Source: an uncultured Clostridium sp. | GTDB taxonomy: Bacteria > Bacillota_I > Bacilli_A > RF39 > UBA660 | Direction of reading: 5' to 3' | Assembly: GCA_905199855.1 (NCBI GenBank) | Contig: CAJKHY010000004.1 | Coordinates: 2,449 to 66,448, forward strand | DNA length: 64,000 nucleotides | Part shown: piece by piece, positions 1 through 10,004 of the stretch | Layout: every line of letters begins with the position of its first letter | How positions within the stretch are numbered: the stretch's first letter is position 1 | The notes under the pieces: generated by a model | The model's database searches: none | Told to the model about the DNA's origin: nothing | Seen by the model: the letters and a program-made list of their open reading frames with translations, nothing else | Program-made: the position numbers and the translations under genes

Positions 1-2719
1 ACATATTGATCTGCAATTGCTAAAGGTTGTTCTGCACTTGTTACTTCAAGTACACCATTTACATGTGTTCCCATTGTATAGTTAGAAGTAATATCTTCAC
101 CATTTCTCACTACTTTAACATTGCTTACAACATTATTTGAAGAACCTACAAATTTTTGGCTACCAGTAATTGTAACTTCTAACATATCACCAGATAATAA
201 TACACCATCAGTATATGTATAAGTATTTTTTGTTAATTCAGTATCATCAAATGCTTTACTATCTGAACCAGCTGTTACAACTATTGGTGTTGTAATTGGG
301 TTTACTGTTAATTTACCTGCATAATTTTTAATATTATCGTAACAATTAGTTACATCAACACCCTCAGCATTTGTTATAGTAATTTTTCCAATTGTGTTAT
401 TTCCATCAGCTGTATCTTTAACATCTCTTACTTTACCAGTAATTTCTGCAGTGACTTTATCACCATTAGGTAATTTATTATCAGTTACTGCACTTGCATT
501 ATTTGCCCATAAAACATCATAAGCATTTTTTGTGTGTTCTGAACCATTATATGTAAATGTTTCATCATAACTTTTTACTTTTACTTCAGTATTAATTGGT
601 TTGATTTCAAAATTAACACTAGCTTCACTTGCTGTATAATTTGGATTTGTAATACTTAAAGTAGCTTTATATTTACCTACTAATATAGGCATTATTTTAC
701 CATAGTTTTCAGAATCATCTTTCTTAGAATAAGTAATTGCATAGTCATCAGGTGTTAAACCTTCAACTCCTATTAGAGTTGGTGTTTTAGTTTCTTTATA
801 AACCCATGTACTAGCTAAATCAATTCCTAATCCTGTTAATTGTTTTGGTTCAACTTTTAATGTAACTGTTGCTGTATATGTTTTACCATTTTCATCAGTT
901 ACAGTAATTGTTGGTGTGTATGTTCCAGCAGATAGACCAGATTTTGCTTTAATTTTAAAATCAGTATTTGTTACACCAATACCTATTGTTGGTGTTGTTG
1001 ATCCAATGATTTCAAATTTATCTGTATCAGATACTGTTACATTAGTAATTTTTAACTCAGCAGCACCAATATTAGCAATATTAATTATTGCTTCTGGTCC
1101 ATCAGTATATCCAAATATAACATTTGGTAATGTTACATTATCTACACTTAAACCTGTTTCTTTAGCAAGTTTAATATATTGTGGTTGACTAGCACTTGTA
1201 CCAGTTTTAACATGCATAACTAATGTTGCTTTATCTTCTAGTTCAATTACTTGGTTACCATAAGTATAATATACTTTTGTATCAGTTGGTATTACTTCAT
1301 TAATTCTTTTTTTACCTAAAATATTAAATCCTAGTATAACACCTTGACCTTTTACCATAAGTGTTTCAAAATTGAAGTTTGCTGTCATATTAGTATCAGG
1401 GAAATGAAATATTCCACCATCTACTTTTCCAACTTCAAAAATACCTTTTTTAACATTAACATTTAAAGTAATGTTTTGCTTATTAGGTTCTGAATCAGAA
1501 AATACATCAAATATATATTCATCCCATGAATCTGTTCCGGTAACGGCATAAGTTCCACCATCAATAGTAAAACCATAAGCCTTAGGTAAATTTTTTAATT
1601 CTTCAGCCATATCTATAGTAGATATTCTTACCCTACCATCAAATCCTTTTCCAATTATTTTACCATTATTACCATTGCCACTATCTTTAATGGTTAAATT
1701 ACTTCTAAAATTATAATTATTTTCATCTTTATAACCATAATAGAATATTAAACTGCCTTTTGTTACATCTAGAGTATTACCTGCTAAATCTAAGGTAACA
1801 TTACCTAAAACATAAAATTCAAGAAAATTTGTCAACTTAATATCATCGCTTAATTTAATAACAGTGTCTTTGCTATTATTAATTTGATTAACAGCATCTC
1901 TTAATGTTGCTTCATTATTAGCCATTATTGTTTGAACTTCTTTTTTCTTAACTGTAATTGGACCCCAATAAGCATCAATTGTAGCAAGTGTTGCTGTTCT
2001 ATTTGCTATTTTAGTGCCTTCTCTATCATGATACTCTATAATAGAATCAGCATCAATTACATCATCAACAGTTAAAGTAGAACTATTTATCAAAAATGTT
2101 TTATCAGGTGCATTTTTGCTTTCTTTAGTAACATTTGAAAATTTTACGCTTTCATATGCTCTAGTATCTACTATTTCATGAAATCCAGTAACTTTTAGAT
2201 TTTTAAAAACTACATTATTAAAACTATAATCACCAGCGGTTTGCCAAAAACTGTCAAAATCTTTTATATATTCAACATCTATACCATCCATTTCAAAATT
2301 AACAATAGACTCAGCTTTCTTAATTTCGTTATAAATTGGTGTGTAGCCAACATCAGTTAAAAGATTAAGTTTTGCTCTTTCAGAACTATTTGAATTAATG
2401 AATTTTAAATCCAAAGTATTATAATAAATTAATTTTAACTTATATTGTTGTGGTATAGTTAATGTAAAGCCATTAAAATCCAAAGTTTTAGACATTTCAA
2501 GAGAGAAAGTTGTATCTAAATCTTCTCTTAATGTAATGTCACTAGTAAGTCTAACTATATCTGTTGTTTTATCATTCATTGCGGTTTCCAAAGAATCTTT
2601 ATCCACAACATCTACAGTTTTTGTTTCTGCATTTACATTAGTTAATCCCACACCGAAGATTGCTACTAATGTAAATAATATCGTAGTTAATTTTTTAACT
2701 ACATTTTTAGATTTGCTCA
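1..2719 (-). CDS. Large secreted surface protein with repeated Ig-like beta domains; partial, C-terminus lies beyond the window start. N-terminus MSKSKNVVKKLTTILFTLVAIFGVGLTNVNA-ETK is a signal peptide.
   Basis: Reverse-complement reading is open from ATG at 2719..2717 down to position 1. RBS AGGAAGGAGGAAG sits upstream. The + strand ORFs 916..1188 and 2536..2796 are antisense shadows of it. Thr/Gly/Val-rich repeats (TVTDENGKTYTATVTLKV) look like adhesins. Confidence 0.6.
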
Positions 2720-2733
2720 TCAAATCTTCCTCC

Positions 2734-2766
2734 TTCCTATTACATTATATCATATTATTTTTAATT
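2734..2766 (-). promoter_or_regulatory. Probable sigma-A-type promoter for the surface protein gene (TTTACA-16-TATAAT on minus strand)
   Basis: Minus-strand reading tattttacaattaaaaataatatgaTATAATgtaataggaaggaggaagatttgATG. It ends about 40 bp from IS copy A. Confidence 0.4.
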
Positions 2767-2808
2767 GTAAAATATATTTTAAACAATTGGGATTAAAAAT
2801 TATTCTCA

Positions 2809-4487
2809 GGTAAAGTGAAAAGTTAAATTCCACTTTCCCTATATTTGGCTGGAATTTAGTCTTACAGTAAATTCCACTTGAAATCTTGCAAGACTTAATT
2901 CCTTTTTATATAATAGTTATCCAAGGGTGTTTCTTAATGAAAGGATGGTAAAAATGAATAAGAAACAAACTTGTGATAACAAACACTTATCACTTGAGGA
3001 AAGAAAAATAATTCAAACAGGAATTGAAAACAGGTGTAATAAAGTTGATATTGCTAGAACATTAGGTAAAGATCCCACTACTATTGCTAAAGAGATTAGA
3101 AAGCATCGTGAATTTAAACCTAGAAACGTCAGATTATATCCTAATATTTGTATTCATCGAAAGGAATGTGGGACTTGCTTTAAAAAATGTGAACTTTATG
3201 AAGAACCAATTTGTAAAATGAGAGATAGATCCCCTGGCGCTTGTAATAAATGTCCTAAAATTACTAACTGTCATTTGGATAAATATTTTTATTATGCTAC
3301 TAAAGCTAATCAAGAATATTTAGATGAATTAGTTGATTCTAGAGTTGGTATTAATTTAACTGTTTCAGAAAAGAAACAAATTGGACAAATTATGGCCCCT
3401 TTATTAAAGCAAGGTCAATCAGTTTATCAAATTTTATCTTCACATAACGAAATTTCTCAATGTGAAAAGACTATTTATAATTATATTGAAATGGGAGTTT
3501 TCAAAGAAGAAGGTATTGACGTTTTCTCTTTAAAGGAACAAGTATCTAGAAAGCAATTTAAAAATAAATACAAAAAAAGAAAAAGCATTGCTAACTATGA
3601 TGGTAGAAAATATGAAGACTATCTTAAATTTAAAGAACAAAATCAAAATGTTATAACTATAGAAATGGACACCGTTTATAATGAGCAATCTGGTCCTTAT
3701 ATTCAAACTTTCTTATTTCAAAATACTATGTTTATGTTTGGAATATTGAAAAAAGATAAAACTTCATTATCAATGGCTGAATCCTTAGAATATTTAGAGT
3801 CAACTTTAGGTCACGATTTATATAGAAAATATTTTTCTTTAATTCTTACTGATAGAGGTGTTGAATTCCAAAAACATAACTTATTCGAATTTAATATTGA
3901 AACCGGTGAGTTTAGAACAAATATTTTTTATTGTGATCCAATGCAGTCAAGTCAAAAAGCAAGAGTTGAAAACAACCACAACTATGTCAGAGATATAATT
4001 ACTAATGAATTAAGTCTTAAAAATATTACACAAGAAGATTTAAATTTAGTATTCTCACATATTAATTCTACTCCAAGAGAATCATTAAATGGAAAGACTC
4101 CGTATGAAATAATGGAATTCCTATATGGAAAAGAACTATTGGATTTATTAGATATAAAACAAATAAAAAGAGATGAGGTAGTATTAAAACCTTATCTCAT
4201 AAAACATATTTATAAGAAATAATCACCACAAAATTTCTTATATTTATGAATAGAAACACCCTTAAATTGAACTTTAACTATCAAAACGGAATTTAGTCTT
4301 ACAGAAAAATTTATTTGACCTAATTTCGTCTTTTCGTCGTGGTTAAATTTCCATTCATTTATGTATTTTACACTACTTTTTTATAAAAATCAACTACCTA
4401 TATGACGATAAAAAGCCCATAAAATGGACTTTTCTTCTACAAATTTAAATCGGCTTAGGAAAGTGGAATTTAACTTTTCACTTTACC
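2809..4487 (+). mobile_element. IS30-family insertion sequence, copy A (1679 bp), perfect 30-bp terminal inverted repeats GGTAAAGTGAAAAGTTAAATTCCACTTTCC
   Basis: Identical over its full length to 24013..25691. Left end 2809..2838 is the reverse complement of right end 4458..4487. Encodes a single DDE transposase. Confidence 0.85.
2927..4222 (+). CDS. IS30-family DDE transposase (431 aa; probable true start MNKKQ at 2954 behind RBS AAAGGATGG)
   Basis: N-terminal HTH with IAKEIRKHRE (IS30 ISREIxRN-like). DDE region: MDTV, LTDRGVEF, FYCDPMQSSQKARVENNHNYVRDII (IS30 FCDPxSPWQRGxNENxNGLIR signature). C-terminal STPRESLNGKTPYEI (IS30 NxRPRKxLxFKTPxE). Confidence 0.85.
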   Translation: MFLNERMVKMNKKQTCDNKHLSLEERKIIQTGIENRCNKVDIARTLGKDPTTIAKEIRKHREFKPRNVRLYPNICIHRKECGTCFKKCELYEEPICKMRDRSPGACNKCPKITNCHLDKYFYYATKANQEYLDELVDSRVGINLTVSEKKQIGQIMAPLLKQGQSVYQILSSHNEISQCEKTIYNYIEMGVFKEEGIDVFSLKEQVSRKQFKNKYKKRKSIANYDGRKYEDYLKFKEQNQNVITIEMDTVYNEQSGPYIQTFLFQNTMFMFGILKKDKTSLSMAESLEYLESTLGHDLYRKYFSLILTDRGVEFQKHNLFEFNIETGEFRTNIFYCDPMQSSQKARVENNHNYVRDIITNELSLKNITQEDLNLVFSHINSTPRESLNGKTPYEIMEFLYGKELLDLLDIKQIKRDEVVLKPYLIKHIYKK

Positions 4488-4642
4488 ATAGGTATTTTTT
4501 TATTGAATTGTTATAAATTTTTAATGTTTTATAGTTTGATATTGCAGAGTATCTAAAAGTCACTGAAAGAAAATATTTAAGTTATTAAATGAGAAATAGA
4601 AATGATTCCTTTCTTATATTGATAACATCGTGCAAAAGAAAA

Positions 4643-4660
4643 AAAGTGAATAATCACTTT
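4643..4660 (-). terminator. Rho-independent terminator downstream of the TasA-like gene
   Basis: Minus strand stem AAAGTGA-ttat-TCACTTT followed by TTTTCTTTTG. Confidence 0.45.
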
Positions 4661-4664
4661 TAGT

Positions 4665-5430
4665 TTAGCTTTGTGTTGCTGATGCTGAAATATAGCCAGT
4701 TACTTTGGATCCTGAATACTCATCTTCGGCGTTAGCATCTAACCAAACGTAGATATAATATCTTGTTGATGTTTCGGTTAAAGGTATTCCACTCATGAGA
4801 ATTATTTCTCCGCCTGATACCGCGCCTTCTAATGTCCCTTCTGTGCCTACTAATTCAGTAGGAGTCCATGTTTCATTTGCTGCTTCGCAACTAGTTGGGG
4901 TGTCATATGTTGTGTTTGAGCATGATCCGCCAGTGTATACCGCAAAGTGAAATTTGTTAGGGTTAGCTGCTGTCCATGTTCCGCTTGCACTTTCACATGC
5001 TGTTTGTGTCTCGTGGGCAGTTATTGAACAAGTGCCACCCATGGTTAGTTCAGTTATGTGTAATTTTAATGTTGCATTGCCAGATACACTAGTTGAGGTT
5101 CTACTGATATTTACCCATGTGCTTAGTCCTCCTGTTTTATCTTCGGTTGGGGATAGAGTTCCTTGTAAAGCTGCACCTGAACCTGTATCATTGTTATATT
5201 GAACATCAAAAATACCTGTTTTAGTTTCTACATCTGCATTTCTAATCCATGTGTACCATGCGTATGTGGCTCCAACTATTAGGAGAATAAAGGCAACTAC
5301 TCCTAAAATAGTTCCCCATATCTTTTTACTTTTTATATATTTTTGTTCATAACTAGTTGGCTTGTAGGTAACTGATTGTGTTTCGTTTCTAATAATCTTT
5401 TTTTCATTATTTTTATTCTTATTTTCCATG
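4665..5430 (-). CDS. Secreted Thr/Ser/Gly-rich protein with TasA/CalY-like SipW-cognate-type signal peptide (motif GATYAWYTW)
   Basis: ORF is open to 5516 (TTG). Probable start is ATG at 5430 (MENKNKNN) behind RBS AAGGTGGA. Hydrophobic segment ILGVVAFILLIVGATYAWYTW resembles the TasA/camelysin GGGT(F/W)A(A/Y)F signal-cleavage region. Confidence 0.45.
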
Positions 5431-5509
5431 TTCCACCTTCTCTTATGATACAAGTATATCATATATTTAAAGTTTTTTGCAACTTTTTTAATTTTTTTTT
5501 GTTTTTTTA

Positions 5510-5538
5510 TTGACAAAAGTCAAACTTGCGGTTATTAT
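5510..5538 (+). promoter_or_regulatory. Near-consensus sigma-A promoter TTGACA-17-TATTAT facing + strand, driving a candidate about 100-nt small transcript
   Basis: TTGACA at 5510..5515, TATTAT at 5533..5538. Structured region and intrinsic terminator lie downstream (see findings). Confidence 0.35.
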
Positions 5539-5610
5539 ATATATCACCAATTCAAATTTTTAGGCGAATTGGTGCTAGTATCACACTAGCCAACCCCTTT
5601 TTATTCTTTT

Positions 5611-5646
5611 TGGGAGATCGGCCTCAGGGGGACGGTCTCTTTTTTT
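5611..5646 (+). terminator. Intrinsic terminator-like hairpin GAGATCGGCC-tcaggg-GGACGGTCTC followed by TTTTTTT, + strand
   Basis: GC-rich stem with 7-U tail, read directly. No + strand ORF ends here. Confidence 0.4.
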
Positions 5647-5660
5647 ATAATAAATTGATT

Positions 5661-5707
5661 TAAAAAAAGAAAGAAATACTATTTGTTTCTACTATCGTAT
5701 TTCTTTC
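5661..5707 (-). terminator. typA terminator
   Basis: Perfect 11-bp stem GAAAGAAATAC / GTATTTCTTTC overlapping the TAG stop, followed on the minus strand by TTTTTTT (5661..5667). Confidence 0.6.
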
Positions 5708-7499
5708 TTGTTTCTGTATTTAATATTTTTTTTCTTAACCTTAAATGATTAGGAGTTATTTCCACTAGTTCATCTCTGTTGATATAGTCTAAGCAACCTT
5801 CTAATGTTAATTTTCTTGGTCTTTTTAGGACTACTGTGTGATCTGAACCTGCTGCACGCATATTGGTTAATTGTTTCCCCTTAACTACATTTACCGCTAA
5901 ATCGTTTTCTCGGTTACATTCTCCTACTATCATTCCTTCATATATTTCTTCACCTGGTTCTATGAACATAATACCTCTGTCCTCTAATAGTCCAATGGCA
6001 TATGATGTTGATTTACCATTTTCCATAGAGACCAAGACACCTAGTTTTCTTTCGCCAATGTTAACATTTTCTTGTTTTTCATAACATTTGAAAGTGTGAT
6101 TTAAGATGCCATATCCTTTTGTCATTGTCATAAATTCTGTTGTGAAACCTATTAAACCACGTGATGGAATGGTATAGTTTAATCTTACCATGTCAACAAA
6201 GTTAGTCATGTTTTCCATTTTGGCTCCACGAAGTCCTAAGGCTTCAATAACATTTCCAACGCTTTCTTCTTTCACTTCTATTTGGACATCTTCATATGGT
6301 TCACAGATAACACCATTTATTTCTTTCAAGATAACTTCAGGTTTTGATACTTGTAATTCAAATCCTTCACGGCGCATATTCTCAATTAATATTGATAAGT
6401 GTAATTCGCCACGACCTGAAACAAGCCACGAATCATTTGATGATTGTTCTACTTTTAAGCTGACATCTTTTTGGGTTTCTTTGAACAGTCGTTCTTCTAT
6501 TTTTCTTGCCGTTAATAACTTACCATCACGGCCAACGAATGGACTATCATTAACCATGAAGGTCATTTGTAAGGTTGGCTCATCAATCCTTAATATTGGT
6601 AGGGCTTTTTCATGTCCAATGTTACATACTGTTTCTCCTACTGAAATATCTTCTAAACCAGCTATGGCAATAATCTCACCGGCGTGGGCTTCTTTTACTT
6701 CTATTCTTTTTAATCCTAGGTACCCAAATAGTTTTTGTATTCTAAACTGTTTTATGCTACCATCTAATCTCACACAACTTACCATTTCATTTTCATGTAT
6801 AGTGCCTGATTGGATGCGTCCAATACCAATTCTTCCTACGTAATCATTATAATCTAATAATGCTGGTTGAAATTGTAAATAACCATTTATATCTACTTTA
6901 GGTGCTGGAATTTCATTTATAATTAGTTTAAAGATATCATCATAGTTTTCTGTTTGGGTTGATAAATCAGAATCTAAACTGGCCGTGCCATTTAAAGCTG
7001 AAACATAGCAAGTTTTGAAATCCAATTGCGAATCGTCGGCACCAAGTTCAATAAATAAGTCAATGACCTCGTCAATTACTTGATTAATACGTGCTGTTGG
7101 CTTATCCACTTTATTTATTACAACGATTGGTTTTACTTTGGCTTCGAGGGCCTTCTTTAAAACGAATCTTGTTTGTGGCATAGTGCCTTCATAAGCATCG
7201 ACGAGTAGCATAACACCATCTACCATGTTCATAATTCTTTCCACTTCGCCACCGAAATCGGCATGGCCTGGTGTGTCTAGAATATTTATACGGTATCCAT
7301 CATAGTTGATGGCTGTAGTTTTAGATAGTATGGTGATTCCTCGTTCTCTTTCAATGTCGTTAGAATCCATGACTCTTTCGTTTATTTGCTCATTTTCTCT
7401 AAATGTGCCTGATTTTTGTAATAATCTATCTACAAACGTTGTTTTGCCATGATCTACGTGAGCTATAATAGCAATGTTTCTTATTTTATCTGTATTCAT
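5679..7499 (-). CDS. typA: Translational GTPase TypA/BipA
   Basis: G1 AHVDHGKTT, DTPGH, NKVD; EF-G-like domains; about 607 aa. Probable start MNTDKIRNIAII behind RBS AAGGGAAGTGG. Confidence 0.93.
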   Translation of the reverse strand: MNTDKIRNIAIIAHVDHGKTTFVDRLLQKSGTFRENEQINERVMDSNDIERERGITILSKTTAINYDGYRINILDTPGHADFGGEVERIMNMVDGVMLLVDAYEGTMPQTRFVLKKALEAKVKPIVVINKVDKPTARINQVIDEVIDLFIELGADDSQLDFKTCYVSALNGTASLDSDLSTQTENYDDIFKLIINEIPAPKVDINGYLQFQPALLDYNDYVGRIGIGRIQSGTIHENEMVSCVRLDGSIKQFRIQKLFGYLGLKRIEVKEAHAGEIIAIAGLEDISVGETVCNIGHEKALPILRIDEPTLQMTFMVNDSPFVGRDGKLLTARKIEERLFKETQKDVSLKVEQSSNDSWLVSGRGELHLSILIENMRREGFELQVSKPEVILKEINGVICEPYEDVQIEVKEESVGNVIEALGLRGAKMENMTNFVDMVRLNYTIPSRGLIGFTTEFMTMTKGYGILNHTFKCYEKQENVNIGERKLGVLVSMENGKSTSYAIGLLEDRGIMFIEPGEEIYEGMIVGECNRENDLAVNVVKGKQLTNMRAAGSDHTVVLKRPRKLTLEGCLDYINRDELVEITPNHLRLRKKILNTETRKKYDSRNK

Positions 7500-7529
7500 A
7501 ATCCACTTCCCTTTTTTAAATACCGAAGT

Positions 7530-7558
7530 ATTATAGCACATATATTTGTACTTGGCAA
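7530..7558 (-). promoter_or_regulatory. typA promoter TTGCCA-17-TATAAT
   Basis: Minus-strand reading cTTGCCAagtacaaatatatgtgcTATAATacttcgg. Confidence 0.5.
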
Positions 7559-7834
7559 GTTTTTTTTATAAAATGATTTTTAAGAATTATGCTGTTATCT
7601 TAACACTTGTGACATTTGATATTTTGAACTTTTCTAATAATAAAGATTAAAAGTATTCTTTATTTTAGACATAAACTCCGACAGTAGCTGCCGTACTCAT
7701 TTTTTGTTGCTATAAAATCAATGGTTTGTTTATTATGGTGGATATGATTTTATTATTTGTGATATGTGCATAAGTACACCTCCTTTTGTGTTTTCAATAT
7801 ACTATGAGCGGGTATTTTTGTCAATGTTGCTATT

Positions 7835-7917
7835 TTTTAAAAACTGTATGGGTGTTTTTGAAATTCTGTATGAAATTTGCTCGGTTTTTAAAAAACTGCA
7901 TGGGCGTTTTTGAAAAA
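7835..7917. repeat. Two imperfect 29-bp direct repeats (TTTTAAAAACTGTATGGGTGTTTTTGAAA / TTTTTAAAAAACTGCATGGGCGTTTTTGAAAAA), each internally dyad-symmetric (AAAAAC-N9-GTTTTT)
   Basis: Seen directly at 7835..7863 and 7885..7917, about 51 bp centre to centre. Confidence 0.5.
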
Positions 7918-8026
7918 TGGGAAGGTGAAATTTTTTTGTGAAAACGTAAAATTTTTGAAGAATGTGTCAAGTGAATTAGAACGGCGTAGCAAAGGCAGAT
8001 AGATGGGTGATAATTTTTGTAAAAAA

Positions 8027-8052
8027 AAGACCGATACTTTCGGTTATTTGGT
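8027..8052 (-). terminator. Terminator downstream of VanZ-like gene
   Basis: Minus strand ACCGA-aagta-TCGGT followed by CTTTTTTTT. Confidence 0.5.
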
Positions 8053-8061
8053 ATCAGTTTC

Positions 8062-9156
8062 TTATTCTGTTTTTATGGTGCTTTGAAATTCTACTTTGGT
8101 TAGTTTGTCATAGAATACTTTTTGGTTGAATAGGATTTTGAATGTTGTTACAATGTATGTGATGAAGAGGATAATAAATATGACTAGGTAAAGGACGAGG
8201 CTTATTTGAGTATTTAAATTTAGTGTCTTATTTAGTTTTATGCTTCCTTCAATTATTAGAATGGGTACTTTTACATAGTATAAATAAATAATGATGGTTC
8301 TTATAAGTGATGATAGAAATGGGTACTTTGGAAATGTGTGTTTGATATTTAGAAATTTGCCCCCTAGAGTTTGGTTGTTCCAAATGTAAGGTAATACTAC
8401 GTAATAGATTGGAATGGTTATATATTTAATCCATGAATAGTTGATGATAAAGATAGTGATGGTATGAAATGTTAGGTAAATGGTGAGGTCTAGGAAGAAT
8501 AAGGTGATTCTTCTTAAGCCTGATACTTTTTGTCCAACGAGGAGAGATTTTTTGTCTATTTCATCTCTTGATGGTAGGATTTTTTCTACTAAAAGGGCTA
8601 GATAGTAACCGATGATTCCTCCTAGGGTGTTCATGATAAGGTCGTCAACATCAAATAAACGATAGGCTCTTGGGTAGATGAAATATAATCCTGTAACTTG
8701 CGTTATTTCAAAAAATAATGATAAGAGGAATGAGAAGGTTGCTACTTTTTTGAAGCTATATTTGTAATAATATTTTAGGTAAATGCCAAAGGGGATGGTC
8801 ATTAGTATATTAAATATTACGGTATAGAAACTTGGATGTAATATGGCTTTTAGGTGGGTGTTTGGTTTGTTTATGATAAATGGCGATTCTTTTATGAGGT
8901 TGTTGATGAAGTTGAATGGGATGAGGTTTGGTTTTAATGGTTTCATATTTAGTAATTGTTCTTTGGTTGGAAGTGGGAGAATGACTAGGAAGTAAATGGT
9001 TATTAGGTATAGAATAAATGAATATATGATTAGGGTTCTTAATTTGTTTATAGATCCGTATTTGTGGTATTGTTTTAGGATGAATGGGATGGTGAATAAA
9101 AATGAGATGAGAGGAAAAATTAAGATTGCTGTTTTTATAGCTTCAGTGTATGTCAT
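8062..9156 (-). CDS. VanZ-family polytopic membrane protein with C-terminal multi-TM extension
   Basis: Motif RLFDVDDLIMNTLGGIIGYYLA (VanZ D..D..N..G...G). Start taken at MTYTEAIK (9156) behind RBS AAAGGAGGAAAAAC. The longer ORF to 9252 overlaps the PAP2 gene. Confidence 0.55.
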   Translation of the reverse strand: MTYTEAIKTAILIFPLISFLFTIPFILKQYHKYGSINKLRTLIIYSFILYLITIYFLVILPLPTKEQLLNMKPLKPNLIPFNFINNLIKESPFIINKPNTHLKAILHPSFYTVIFNILMTIPFGIYLKYYYKYSFKKVATFSFLLSLFFEITQVTGLYFIYPRAYRLFDVDDLIMNTLGGIIGYYLALLVEKILPSRDEIDKKSLLVGQKVSGLRRITLFFLDLTIYLTFHTITIFIINYSWIKYITIPIYYVVLPYIWNNQTLGGKFLNIKHTFPKYPFLSSLIRTIIIYLYYVKVPILIIEGSIKLNKTLNLNTQISLVLYLVIFIILFITYIVTTFKILFNQKVFYDKLTKVEFQSTIKTE

Positions 9157-9827
9157 TGTTTTTCCTCCTTTTTTTCTTTGTTCATTATAATTTTGTTTGC
9201 AAAATTTATATATATTATTAGATAGGATATTGATACTAAAAAGCCTGCACAAACATCACTTGTATAATGAACGCCTAAATAGATTCTACTGATGCCAATC
9301 ATTACTATTAATAATGATAATATGCTGATTAGAGCTGTTTTTAAATATTTGTTTTTGATATTATTATAGATTAGATAGATTATATATCCGTAAAAAGCCA
9401 TGCTTATCATGGAATGACCAGATGGAAAACTATATCCGGTTTCATTGATAATTTTAAATTCTATTGGGCGTGGCCTTTGTAAAATGAATTTTAACATTTG
9501 GTTTAGTATGGTAATGATAATTAGGTTTGCCCCGATTTGTAAGCCTGTTTTTTTGTCTTTTATTGCTATAAGTAGGATTAGTGTTAAGGGTAATAAGCAG
9601 GTGGCACTTCCAAACCAAGTTATGATTTTAATAATTGGTGTTAATGAATCATTGATTAAATATGTTGATATGAATTTATAACCAATGATGTCGCCTTTCA
9701 TTATTTCGTGGTTAAATACATCTTCTGCTAAGGCGAGGAATAATACTAAACAGATAAAGCAAAGTATCCACTTATAGTTGTTGATAATCGTTTTTTTTAT
9801 TTTTTTATACATTGTTTCACTTCCCAA
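9153..9827 (-). CDS. PAP2-family phosphatase (phosphatidic acid / undecaprenyl-PP phosphatase-like)
   Basis: PAP2 motifs KxxxxxxRP (QRPRP), PSGHS, SRIYLGVHYTSDV; several TM segments. Confidence 0.7.
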   Translation of the reverse strand: MGSETMYKKIKKTIINNYKWILCFICLVLFLALAEDVFNHEIMKGDIIGYKFISTYLINDSLTPIIKIITWFGSATCLLPLTLILLIAIKDKKTGLQIGANLIIITILNQMLKFILQRPRPIEFKIINETGYSFPSGHSMISMAFYGYIIYLIYNNIKNKYLKTALISILSLLIVMIGISRIYLGVHYTSDVCAGFLVSISYLIIYINFANKIIMNKEKKEEKQ

Positions 9828-10004
9828 ACTATCAGTATTGAATATTGTTTTTTATTTTCTTTATAGTTATATTATACAATATAAAAATGATATTCGGTTG
9901 AAAAAATTGTGAATATATATCTTTTTACATTGAAATTTTATGAAATAGAAAAAAGAACTGAATAGAAAATTATTTCTACTTAGTTTCTTTTTGGGTAAAT
10001 GGAT

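Noticed and set aside
916-1188. + strand ORFs 916..1188 and 2536..2796
   Set aside because: They lie antisense within the long minus-strand surface protein gene, whose frame is open from 2719 to 1. Their translations are low-complexity mirror images.
5516-5516. TTG at 5516 as the start of the TasA-like gene
   Set aside because: It overlaps the divergent TTGACA promoter and has no RBS. ATG at 5430 has a good AAGGTGGA Shine-Dalgarno.
4954-6843. + strand ORFs 4954..5202, 5863..6084, 6190..6843
   Set aside because: Antisense to the TasA-like gene and to typA, whose identity is unambiguous. No RBS or motifs.
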